A program made the translations under genes and the position numbers. The notes under the pieces are model-generated. The model did no database searches. It worked only from the letters and a program-made list of their open reading frames with translations, and was not told where the DNA came from. A DNA stretch of 64,000 nucleotides from Anaerolineaceae bacterium (lineage in GTDB: Bacteria; Chloroflexota; Anaerolineae; Anaerolineales; Anaerolineaceae), in the NCBI GenBank assembly GCA_040768105.1, contig JAXGNE010000013.1, forward strand, positions 7,490-71,489, given 5' to 3'. Position 1 is the stretch's first letter; each line of letters starts with the position of its first letter. Positions 56,199 to 64,000 of the stretch are shown here, one piece after another.

Positions 56199-56987
56199 AT
56201 GCAAACCTATAAAAAAATTGCGTCTGATCAAAACCCAAAAATTAAACTAGTCACCCAGTTGCTGACCCAACCGCGTAAAAGGCGCAAGTCGAAACTATTC
56301 CTGGCTGAGGGCGTGCGCCTGGTTGAGCAAGGCATCCAGCAAGGCTTCAAGCCTCAATTTATCCTTTTTTGCGAAGGACTTTCGCAACGCGGTCTGCAGT
56401 TGATTGAAACACAAGCCAACACTACCCAAGCATTTATGGTTGACTCGGCCTTATTTAATAAGCTGACGGACACGGAAAACAGCCAAGGCATCCTAGCAGT
56501 TTTCGATGAGATGGACTTGGTATTACCAGATCAGCCAAATTTTCTCCTTATTGCGGATAACATCCGTGACCCGGGCAATTTGGGCACGATCCTGCGCTCA
56601 GCTGAGGCTGCCGGCACCCAGGCAGTCTTGCTCTCGCCTGGCTGCGCAGATGCCTTCAACCCCAAGGTGGTGCGTGCTGGCATGGGTGCGCACTTTACCC
56701 TACCAATAATGTCCCTTAGTTGGTCTGAAATTGATGCCTTTTGCAAAAACATGACGATATTTAGTGCTGAGACCACTGGTGAAATTGTCTATTGGCAGGC
56801 CGACTTTTGCCAACCCTGCGCCCTGTTGATTGGCAGTGAAGCCTTTGGTTTGAGCTCGCAAGCACAAAAACTGCAACAGCAGCCCGTCAGCATCCCCATG
56901 GCTGGCCGGGGCGAGTCACTAAATGCATCGGTAGCAGCTGGAATCTTATTATTTGAAGTATTACGCCAAAGGCACCATAAAGGATAA
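56199..56987 (+). CDS. TrmH/SpoU-family RNA 2'-O-methyltransferase
   Basis: DPGNLGTILRSAEAAG, LIGSEAFGL and ESLNASVAAGI motifs. Confidence 0.8.
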   Translation: MQTYKKIASDQNPKIKLVTQLLTQPRKRRKSKLFLAEGVRLVEQGIQQGFKPQFILFCEGLSQRGLQLIETQANTTQAFMVDSALFNKLTDTENSQGILAVFDEMDLVLPDQPNFLLIADNIRDPGNLGTILRSAEAAGTQAVLLSPGCADAFNPKVVRAGMGAHFTLPIMSLSWSEIDAFCKNMTIFSAETTGEIVYWQADFCQPCALLIGSEAFGLSSQAQKLQQQPVSIPMAGRGESLNASVAAGILLFEVLRQRHHKG

Positions 56988-56990
56988 TGT

Positions 56991-58205
56991 ATGGAAATAC
57001 GCTCAATCACCTTCTTTTGCAACCCGGGTTTCCCAGTCAATAAATTATTACTGCAAAAAGCCGGCATCTTTATGCGGCATGCGCGCGCAGCGTATGAAAA
57101 GGCAGGCTTTGTGGTGCAAACAGTGCGCCTGGCAACACCGCCCTTCCCGCTTTACTTACAGCCTAAAAATTACTTGCTTGGTGCGCAAACAATAGCCTTT
57201 GAAGCCCATGGCGAAGGCTTTGATTATTTTTCAATTGGTCCAGCGCTAGCCGAATTTCCATCCGCTTATGAGGCTATCCCAACCATCCTGTCTGAGACAA
57301 AAGGCTTGTTTGTGAGCGGCCTGACCACCACGAGTGCAGGCCAGCTCTCTCAACCGGCTATCCGTGCCTGCGCGGAAATTATGGTAAAAGCCGCTGTTTT
57401 GGAGAAGGATGGTTTTGCCAACCTGCGCTTTGCATCCCTGGCGAATGTACCAGCTTATGCGCCTTTCTTTCCTGCCGCCTACAGTGCAGAAGCCCAGCCT
57501 GCTTTCGCTTTAGCCATTGAAGCTGCTGACCTGGCTGTCCAAGCCTTCTCTTCGGCTACCACATTGGCTAATGCGAGGGCAATATTAATTTACGAAATAG
57601 AATCAAATGCCAGGAAGTTAGAAGCAGTAGCAGATCAATTGCAAAGCATCTATAAATATGATTTTAAGGGCTTAGATTTCACCCTGGCACCATTCCCCAA
57701 AGAAAACCTGTCCATTGGCACGGCAATACAAAAAATCGGCTTGCCTGTCGTTGGTTACCAGGGAACGCTAGCTGCATCGGCTTTCATAACAGACACGCTT
57801 GACCAGGCAAAGTTTAAACGTTGTGGATTCAATGGCTTGATGCTGCCTGTTCTTGAAGACTACACCTTGGGACAATCTGCAGCCCAAGGCACATTAGCAG
57901 TTTCTGCCCTGCTCTTATTTTCCGCTGTGTGCGGCACTGGGCTGGATGTCATCCCCTTGCCAGGTGATACCAGTGCAGAGGAAATCTACCCGGTGCTCTT
58001 AGACCTTTCAGCTTTAGCGCTGCGTTTGAACAAACCGCTCACAGCCAGGCTGCTGCCGATGCCGGGTAAAAAAGCCGGTGATGAGACCAATTTCGACTTC
58101 GAATACTTCACCAATACACGCGTGATGTTATTAAACGCTAAACCACTGCATGGGCTTTTAGCAGGACAAGAATTACTTACAATCAGCCCAAGGCAGAGAG
58201 AATAA
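56991..58205 (+). CDS. DUF711 (UPF0210) family protein
   Basis: MEIRSITFF N-terminus plus CGTGLDVIPLPGD, typical of UPF0210. Confidence 0.65.
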   Translation: MEIRSITFFCNPGFPVNKLLLQKAGIFMRHARAAYEKAGFVVQTVRLATPPFPLYLQPKNYLLGAQTIAFEAHGEGFDYFSIGPALAEFPSAYEAIPTILSETKGLFVSGLTTTSAGQLSQPAIRACAEIMVKAAVLEKDGFANLRFASLANVPAYAPFFPAAYSAEAQPAFALAIEAADLAVQAFSSATTLANARAILIYEIESNARKLEAVADQLQSIYKYDFKGLDFTLAPFPKENLSIGTAIQKIGLPVVGYQGTLAASAFITDTLDQAKFKRCGFNGLMLPVLEDYTLGQSAAQGTLAVSALLLFSAVCGTGLDVIPLPGDTSAEEIYPVLLDLSALALRLNKPLTARLLPMPGKKAGDETNFDFEYFTNTRVMLLNAKPLHGLLAGQELLTISPRQRE

Positions 58206-58252
58206 TTTTCTTGCTGTTAAAAAATCGGGAAAAATTCTTCTTTAAACATCAA

Positions 58253-58975
58253 TCAACGTACTTGCTTAAAATTCACCAGGATCAGGTTTTCCTGGCAAGA
58301 AGAGGTAATATTTAATACCACAGGGCTTGAGAGCGGCTCACCATTGGGGTCTAGTAATTGCAAGTAGAGCAAATCGCCATCTACCAGTTTATTTGGCAGG
58401 GCAAATCCATAACCGGACTCGCCATAAACCGTCACTGACCCGGTCAGCACGTCTTCATCCACCATCTCACCGCCATAATCTCCAGTCAGGCGGACGTTCA
58501 CGTTCTTTACCGGCGAATTCTGCAGATCCCAAACCTGGCCGCCAATGAAAAGGTAATCCTCACAACTGTATTGAGGATGCAGTAGTGTGTTCGGCAATGC
58601 TTGCACAGCGCCCATCAAGATAAATGGCATGGGTTTTTCAGTTGGAGTAGGGGTGTGCGTTGAAGTGGCCGTTGCGGTGGCAGTTGGCTCAAGCGTTGGA
58701 GTAAGTGTTGAGGTTGCCGAAGGCGGAAGCGGTTGTGTTGAGGTAGAAGTCGGTACAATCGTAGCAGTATTGGTTTGTGTAGACGAAAAAATTGAAAGGG
58801 GTGGGATGACTTCAAAACGCATCAAGAAATAGGTCAATACTGCCACTAAAATCATCAATAAAAATCCAATCAGGAAAGGCGATGGCATTTTACGTTTTGC
58901 CATTGAGGATATTTTCGGAGGGCCTTCATCAGGCCTGCTGCGTTTTACCGTTGGGGGGATCTTCTGTGATGTCAT
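58253..58975 (-). CDS. Hypothetical membrane-anchored protein with Thr/Pro-rich linker
   Basis: Single TM span, TPT/TAT low-complexity linker and a globular C-terminus of about 120 aa. The start overlaps the upstream PpiC gene stop by 4 nt. Confidence 0.5.
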   Translation of the reverse strand: MTSQKIPPTVKRSRPDEGPPKISSMAKRKMPSPFLIGFLLMILVAVLTYFLMRFEVIPPLSIFSSTQTNTATIVPTSTSTQPLPPSATSTLTPTLEPTATATATSTHTPTPTEKPMPFILMGAVQALPNTLLHPQYSCEDYLFIGGQVWDLQNSPVKNVNVRLTGDYGGEMVDEDVLTGSVTVYGESGYGFALPNKLVDGDLLYLQLLDPNGEPLSSPVVLNITSSCQENLILVNFKQVR

Positions 58976-59889
58976 TTGACCAAGATTTCTATAACCGATA
59001 GTGCTCGTTGTGATTCAATCCAATCAGCCAGTGCTTTTAGCTGCATGCTTCGCCGGGCATCGATTGAAAGGGGATGCGCTGCTTCCTTTTCTAACACCAA
59101 AATGATGTGATAGCCCAGCTCACTTTCAATAATCCCCGAGTAAGCACCAACCTCTAATGCAAAAGCAGCTTCTTCCACGGCAGGCACTGTCAGGTAACCT
59201 CTCGGGAACCAGCCTAATTCTCCTCCTGTCTCCGGGCTATACTGCCAAGCCAGGTCATCAAAACTAGTACCAGCATTCAACTTACTAAGCGCTGTTTCTG
59301 CGCCTGTTTTGGTAAAGGCAAAGATTTGACGTGCATGGATTTGTTCAGTTGTTTCCGGAACTGCATTGATAATAGCATCCCGTTGCCAAGCAGAGCCTAT
59401 AGCCAGTGACATAGCATATCGGAAGTCTTCCGATGTATAAAAATTTCCAGCCATCCATTGATTCAATGCTTCTTCAGAGCCAAGCTCATTGACCAAGTTC
59501 AAGGTTCGTTCATAAATTAATTGCTCGTCAACCACAAAGCCAGCATCCAGGGCTGCCTGGTGCAGCAGCAGCTGATCAATTAAATTATCTAATACTCTTT
59601 GAACGATTTCTTCTTGTGCAGGTAAAGTCTCACCTAAATTTTGATAGGCTAGTTTAAAACGCTCTAATTCAGCTTCATAGTAAGCCAGGGGAATACCTTC
59701 CCCGTTTACAACTACCGCCATTGGGATTGGGATAGGTGTGGGTGTAGGAGTCGCGATAACCAGCGTTTCAGTTGCAGTTGCTGTAGGCACCTGCGTTTCT
59801 TCAGTTTTGCAAGAAGAAAGGGGAAGAAGAATAAAAGCCGCCGCTAAGAAGATCGCTATAATGCGCCAAAATGAGCCGTGAAATTTCAT
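58972..59889 (-). CDS. Parvulin-type peptidyl-prolyl isomerase lipoprotein (PrsA/SurA-like)
   Basis: Lipobox LSSC. PpiC domain GELGWFPRG...ESELGYHIILV. I prefer the ATG at 59889 over the TTG at 59916. Confidence 0.8.
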   Translation of the reverse strand: MKFHGSFWRIIAIFLAAAFILLPLSSCKTEETQVPTATATETLVIATPTPTPIPIPMAVVVNGEGIPLAYYEAELERFKLAYQNLGETLPAQEEIVQRVLDNLIDQLLLHQAALDAGFVVDEQLIYERTLNLVNELGSEEALNQWMAGNFYTSEDFRYAMSLAIGSAWQRDAIINAVPETTEQIHARQIFAFTKTGAETALSKLNAGTSFDDLAWQYSPETGGELGWFPRGYLTVPAVEEAAFALEVGAYSGIIESELGYHIILVLEKEAAHPLSIDARRSMQLKALADWIESQRALSVIEILVK

Positions 59890-59956
59890 ACCCTGTATTA
59901 TACCTGTTGAAGTCAAAATTCGCTTATACTATTAAAAAGTGCAAATCTTATCTATA

Positions 59957-59985
59957 CGAAAAGACCGCCCTCGCGGACGGTCTTT
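59957..59985 (-). terminator. Intrinsic terminator downstream of groEL
   Basis: Minus-strand hairpin aaagaccg(t)ccgcgagggcggtcttt followed by TTTTCG. Confidence 0.6.
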
Positions 59986-60003
59986 ATTTTTTTATTTTTC
60001 GAT

Positions 60004-61641
60004 CTAGTAATCCATTCCACCAGGGGGCATAGCTGGGGCAGCTGGCTCTGGTTTTGGAATGTCGGTAATAAGCGCTTCGGTCGTCAGGATCATGGCTGCA
60101 ATGGAAGCGGCATTTTCTAATGCACCGCGGGTAACCTTTGCAGGATCAATCACGCCGCCTTCAACCATGTCACCGTATTCTTCGGTCAACACGTTATAGC
60201 CTAAGCGGTTGCTAGCTGTAGCAGCTTGCTTCTGGCGAACATTCTCAACAATCACGGAGCCATCTTTGCCAGCATTCTCAGCAATTTTGCGCATCGGGAT
60301 CTCGAGAGCGTTGCGGACGATATTGACACCTATTTGGGCATCGTCGCTATCCATTTTAAGGCCTGCAACAGATTTCATGGCATTGATCAAAGCAACACCA
60401 CCACCGGGAACGATACCTTCTTCCACAGCCGCGCGGGTTGCAGACAGGGCATCTTCAACACGATGCTTCTTTTCTTTAAGTTCGGTTTCAGTTGCTGCAC
60501 CAACACGAATGATGGCGACACCGCCAGAGAGTTTAGCAAGTCTCTCCTGCAGTTTTTCGCGGTCATAATCGCTGGTGGTGTTGTCAATTTCAACACGAAT
60601 TTGCTCAATGCGGCCTTTGATAGCAGCTGCATCACCGCGCCCACCAATAATTGTGGTATTCTCTTTGTCGGTAGAGACTTTTTCGGCACGGCCGAGGTCA
60701 TCAATGGTAGCAGTTTCCAACTTGCGGCCAGTCTCTTCGGAGATGACAGTTGCACCGGTCAGGATAGCAATATCTTGCAGCATTGCCTTGCGGCGGTCGC
60801 CAAAACCAGGGGCTTTGACGGCAATCACGTTCAACATGCCGCGCAGCTTATTCAGCACCAAGGTTGCCAGTGCTTCGCCGTCGATATCTTCAGAGATAAT
60901 GACCATATCGCGTTTGCCAACTTGCACTAACTTCTCGAGCAGGGGCACGATATCGGTCGCAGCGGAAATCTTCTTATCATAAACCAGGATATAAGGTTCA
61001 TCGATGTTGGCTTCCATGTGCTCTGGGTCGGTGATGAAGTAAGGTGAAATATAGCCACGATCGAATTGCATACCTTCCACATACTCGGTCTCAAATGCTA
61101 AGCCTTTAGACTCCTCAACAGTGATAACGCCATCTTTGCCTACTTTATCCATCACGTCAGCAATCAAAGAACCAATCTCTGAATCTTGTGCGGAAATGGT
61201 GGCCACAGAGGCAATTTCCTCTTTGGTGGTAATGTCAATTGCCTGGTCACGAATGGCATCGGCTACAGCCTTAGAGGCGGCTTCAATACCGCGCTTGAGC
61301 AGCATTGGGTTTGCACCGGCTGCCAAGTTCTTGAGGCCTTCGCTCACGATGGCATGTGCCAAAACGGTTGAAGTTGTAGTGCCATCACCAGCGATATCAT
61401 TGGTCTTGGTGGCTGCTTCTTTAAGAAGCTGTGCGCCCATATTTTCATAGGGGTTTTCAAGTTCAATTTCTTTTGCAACGGTCACACCATCATGGGTAAT
61501 GGTTGGGGAACCAAATTTGCGATCCAAAGCGACATTGCGTCCCTTCGGTCCGAGTGTTGTCGCGACTGCATTTGCTACGGTATCAATACCGGTCTTCAGG
61601 TAACGCCGTGCTTCATCTGAAAAAACTAATTGTTTAGCCAT
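60004..61641 (-). CDS. groL: Chaperonin GroEL
   Basis: [11 protein letters not shown]..., GDGTTT and a C-terminal PGGMDY tail. Confidence 0.98.
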   Translation of the reverse strand: MAKQLVFSDEARRYLKTGIDTVANAVATTLGPKGRNVALDRKFGSPTITHDGVTVAKEIELENPYENMGAQLLKEAATKTNDIAGDGTTTSTVLAHAIVSEGLKNLAAGANPMLLKRGIEAASKAVADAIRDQAIDITTKEEIASVATISAQDSEIGSLIADVMDKVGKDGVITVEESKGLAFETEYVEGMQFDRGYISPYFITDPEHMEANIDEPYILVYDKKISAATDIVPLLEKLVQVGKRDMVIISEDIDGEALATLVLNKLRGMLNVIAVKAPGFGDRRKAMLQDIAILTGATVISEETGRKLETATIDDLGRAEKVSTDKENTTIIGGRGDAAAIKGRIEQIRVEIDNTTSDYDREKLQERLAKLSGGVAIIRVGAATETELKEKKHRVEDALSATRAAVEEGIVPGGGVALINAMKSVAGLKMDSDDAQIGVNIVRNALEIPMRKIAENAGKDGSVIVENVRQKQAATASNRLGYNVLTEEYGDMVEGGVIDPAKVTRGALENAASIAAMILTTEALITDIPKPEPAAPAMPPGGMDY

Positions 61642-61675
61642 GTATATAACTCCTTGATAATTTGATTATTTTTAG

Positions 61676-61966
61676 TTAGAGAATGGCGAGGACGTCGCTC
61701 TCGCGCAAAATTAACAATTTCTTGCCATCATATTTGATCTCTGTGCCAGAATACTTGGCAAATAAGACCACATCGCCTACTTTTACATCCAAGGCGATTC
61801 GCTCACCCTTGTCATTGCGGTCTCCAGGACCAATAGCTAAAACATTACCCTTCTGGGGTTTTTCCTTTGCTGTCTCGGGCAGGACAATACCGCCTGCAGT
61901 GATTTCTTCCTGTTCAATTGGTTCAACCACGATCCGGCTTCCTAAAGGTTTCATAGAAATTGCCAT
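61676..61966 (-). CDS. groES: Co-chaperonin GroES
   Basis: [12 protein letters not shown]... GGAGGA lies 4 nt upstream of the ATG at 61966. Confidence 0.95.
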   Translation of the reverse strand: MAISMKPLGSRIVVEPIEQEEITAGGIVLPETAKEKPQKGNVLAIGPGDRNDKGERIALDVKVGDVVLFAKYSGTEIKYDGKKLLILRESDVLAIL

Positions 61967-62011
61967 ATTTTCCTCCAAAAATTGAATTTTTTTATATTTT
62001 TTTCGCATTTT

Positions 62012-62038
62012 TTAGCACTCAATTTACTTGAGTGCTAA
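62012..62038 (-). promoter_or_regulatory. CIRCE operator (HrcA binding site)
   Basis: TTAGCACTC-N9-GAGTGCTAA, a perfect match to the consensus, between the promoter and groES. Confidence 0.95.
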
Positions 62039-62047
62039 TCTGTCTAT

Positions 62048-62076
62048 ATCATACAACGCTTGAATTGATAAGTCAA
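62048..62076 (-). promoter_or_regulatory. groESL sigma70-type promoter
   Basis: On the minus strand: TTGACT (62071-62076), a 17-nt spacer, then TATGAT (62048-62053). Confidence 0.7.
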
Positions 62077-62123
62077 GAGATTTATATAAATTTCTTATAA
62101 ACTTTTTACAATCCCCAAAGAGT

Positions 62124-63440
62124 TTACTCCCCAGCGCAGATAGATTCGCTGGCTTCCACGATGCCCATAATGACCTCGTTATCTTCATACAGCTCGCGAA
62201 CCTTTTCAAATACCTTCATAGCCTCAACACACTTGTCATCGCCAGGTCTGTGCAAGCCCGCTAATACTGATCCATAGGTGTAATAGTACACAACCGTACT
62301 GTCTGAAAGTGGCAGCCCTTCAATTTCAATTTTTTCATCAGTCTCAAAGTCGCACTCACGCACCTCACAGGTAACCTCTGCAGAACATCCTTCAACGGCA
62401 CACTGTAAAGCAGGGATAGAGCCTTCATAATTGCGTGCGCGGTAATAGATTAACCCGACCTGGCCGTAAACATCTGGATTATAGGGATTGTAGGATAAGG
62501 CTTTATAAGCATTCCTAGAGGCTACCATGGCCTCACCCATACGGATATAGGTATTTGCAATAGCCATGTAAGGAATCGGGTCCTTAATACCCAATTGCTC
62601 ATTTAATTTTGCCGCTTTATCGAAATATTCCAATGCCAGGTCATACAATTCCAAGTGGCGGTATAGCCTGCCCACTGCATTGTACAGAAAGCCCAGGTTT
62701 GGTGAAATCTCAATAGCTTTTTGATATTCCTGGATAGCCAAATTATATTCACCTAAAATCTCGTATAGGTAAGCTTGGATGCGGTGCACATCCATCAAAT
62801 CCGCCCCTTGTTCCATAGCCTGGGCCATGTATTCACGCGCCTGCACCCATTTGAATTGATCTATAAGGATCTCACTGTAATAGGCTAAAGCCAGGGTATT
62901 TGAACTATCTAATTGGAGTGCCATCAGCGCTTCTGCTTCCGCCTCATTGCGCAGCGTTTCAGATTGCTCCCCTGCTAGTGTCTCCTCGGCATTCCAGTTC
63001 AAAACAAAAGCCCGCACAGCCAACACACTGCCATCTGTCGGGGCAAGTGTTTTGGCCTGGTTTATCGCTTCCAGGGCTTCAGATAAACGCTGGCGCCGCT
63101 CAGCGTCAGTTGTCAGGGAGTTTGAGGAATAGACCTGCACACGTGCTAAATTTACGAATAAATCAGGGTTAGTGGGGTCAACCTGTGTGGCTGTCTCATA
63201 AGCTGCAATAGCTTCATCCAAGTTGCCGGCTTGGAAGTGCGTCTCGGCTTCAACAACAAATGAATTGACTGTACGCGTTGGGGTTGGTGTCGGTAAAAAT
63301 GGCGGTGTTATCTCGCCTTTTGCATATGATCTTAAAACGGCAACCAACATGAATATCATGATCATGAAAAACATGATGCGATAAGGGCTTGATCGCCTGG
63401 GGCGTTTCCGAAACAAAAAATCACGATTTTCTATTTGCAT
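62124..63440 (-). CDS. TPR-repeat protein with N-terminal TM anchor
   Basis: Multiple 34-aa A/Y/L-patterned repeats (e.g. AIQEYQKAIEISPN). Confidence 0.75.
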   Translation of the reverse strand: MQIENRDFLFRKRPRRSSPYRIMFFMIMIFMLVAVLRSYAKGEITPPFLPTPTPTRTVNSFVVEAETHFQAGNLDEAIAAYETATQVDPTNPDLFVNLARVQVYSSNSLTTDAERRQRLSEALEAINQAKTLAPTDGSVLAVRAFVLNWNAEETLAGEQSETLRNEAEAEALMALQLDSSNTLALAYYSEILIDQFKWVQAREYMAQAMEQGADLMDVHRIQAYLYEILGEYNLAIQEYQKAIEISPNLGFLYNAVGRLYRHLELYDLALEYFDKAAKLNEQLGIKDPIPYMAIANTYIRMGEAMVASRNAYKALSYNPYNPDVYGQVGLIYYRARNYEGSIPALQCAVEGCSAEVTCEVRECDFETDEKIEIEGLPLSDSTVVYYYTYGSVLAGLHRPGDDKCVEAMKVFEKVRELYEDNEVIMGIVEASESICAGE

Positions 63441-63445
63441 AGTGC

Positions 63446-64000
63446 TTAGGGCTGGTCTACCTGGCCCTCCTCAGGTGTAACAGTCGGCTCTGGGGTAGCT
63501 GTCGGCGGATTCTCCAGGTTTTCCTGGCAAATTCGGATCATCTCTTCTGCATTAAAAACGCCTGTTTCATTGTCAGGAATACCCTGGATCATAGCCTGGG
63601 CAACCTGCACCGCCTCGTTACAGCGGTTCACACGCGCTAAAGCTAGGCCATAACGGCTGTAGATTTCAATAACCGAATCGCTGTATTCCAAAACAAGGCC
63701 TTCAATTGGCTCGCCCGCATCGGTTACCCCACCTCTAACCGCTTTTTCCAGGTAGGTCACCGCCTGGTTGTAAGCACCGTTGCGGTAATACATCGTGCCC
63801 AAGTTTGCCAGCAATAAAGTATTGGTTGGGTCATCTTTTAAAGCTTGTTCACCGTACTGGATGGCTTTGGCAAACTCACCAATGCGGCCATACACGCGCG
63901 AGATGTAATAGTTTGGGTATGGATCTGTCGGTCTTAATGAGTAGGCTTTTGTAAACAACGGCACTGCTTCATCAAAACGCTCTAGGGCAATATAAATACG
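63446..64000 (-). CDS. TPR-repeat protein, 5'-partial (runs off window end)
   Basis: Frame stays open to nt 64000 (RIYIALERFDEAVPLF...). TPR pattern. Confidence 0.7.
   Translation of the reverse strand, partial: RIYIALERFDEAVPLFTKAYSLRPTDPYPNYYISRVYGRIGEFAKAIQYGEQALKDDPTNTLLLANLGTMYYRNGAYNQAVTYLEKAVRGGVTDAGEPIEGLVLEYSDSVIEIYSRYGLALARVNRCNEAVQVAQAMIQGIPDNETGVFNAEEMIRICQENLENPPTATPEPTVTPEEGQVDQP

Noticed and set aside
60209-61450. Several long plus-strand ORFs (119-234 aa) overlapping groEL
   Set aside because: They are antisense to an unmistakable groEL gene. They are low-complexity, Ala/Ser/Ile-rich translations typical of shadow ORFs.
1-64000. CRISPR arrays, rRNA or tRNA genes, group II introns, retron or DGR reverse transcriptases
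   Set aside because: I saw no regularly spaced 25-40-nt repeats with unique spacers. I found no RT-like or Cas-like ORFs in the track, and no non-coding stretch large enough for an rRNA.

Overview
64 kb of a bacterial chromosome at about 45% GC by eye, gene-dense and mostly housekeeping. My guess is a Chloroflexota/Anaerolineae-like organism, based only on protein flavour, with no rRNA to confirm it. I saw no rRNA, tRNA or CRISPR array.

Recognisable core genes:
- Translation and RNA modification: gltX, cysS, serS, tilS, der, an rlmB-like gene and a second TrmH-family methyltransferase.
- Chaperones: groES-groEL behind a perfect CIRCE operator.
- Other housekeeping: coaE, lepB, deoC, ferritin, a fused ftcD, yjjX, a PIN/TRAM yacL-like gene, and cdaA-cdaR (c-di-AMP synthesis).
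- Envelope functions: two LCP proteins, an L,D-transpeptidase, an M23 peptidase, CapA, a PpiC-type lipoprotein, an HtrA protease and a TolB-propeller Ser/Thr kinase.
- A five-gene Arn-like operon: GtrA, methyltransferase, GT2, SDR, DegT aminotransferase.

Most interesting signals:
1. 43823-44105: a self-contained leader with a near-consensus promoter, an SD-preceded 32-codon uORF and two tandem terminators with identical stems. By hand I can pair four segments in a trp-like 1:2 / 2:3 / 3:4 scheme, plus a possible relay onto the second terminator. It sits in front of two tandem-domain GNAT genes, a 14-bp-stem terminator and an ABC-F ATPase that has no room for its own promoter.
2. 44145-45179: the first GNAT is about 60% GC against a roughly 45% background.
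3. 1306-3546: an IS-associated 1.44-kb tandem duplication of a translationally coupled pair of PII-like c-di-AMP receptor (DarA/PstA-family) genes, which leaves a 52-bp relic of the ycgN 3' end.
4. 22078-23019: a Xer-like tyrosine recombinase homolog in which the catalytic residues appear substituted, next to an rve-type IS.
5. 41787-42777: a membrane protein gene split by a +1 frameshift at a T8 homopolymer.

All calls come from reading the sequence and from remembered family motifs. No searches, folding or statistics were run.
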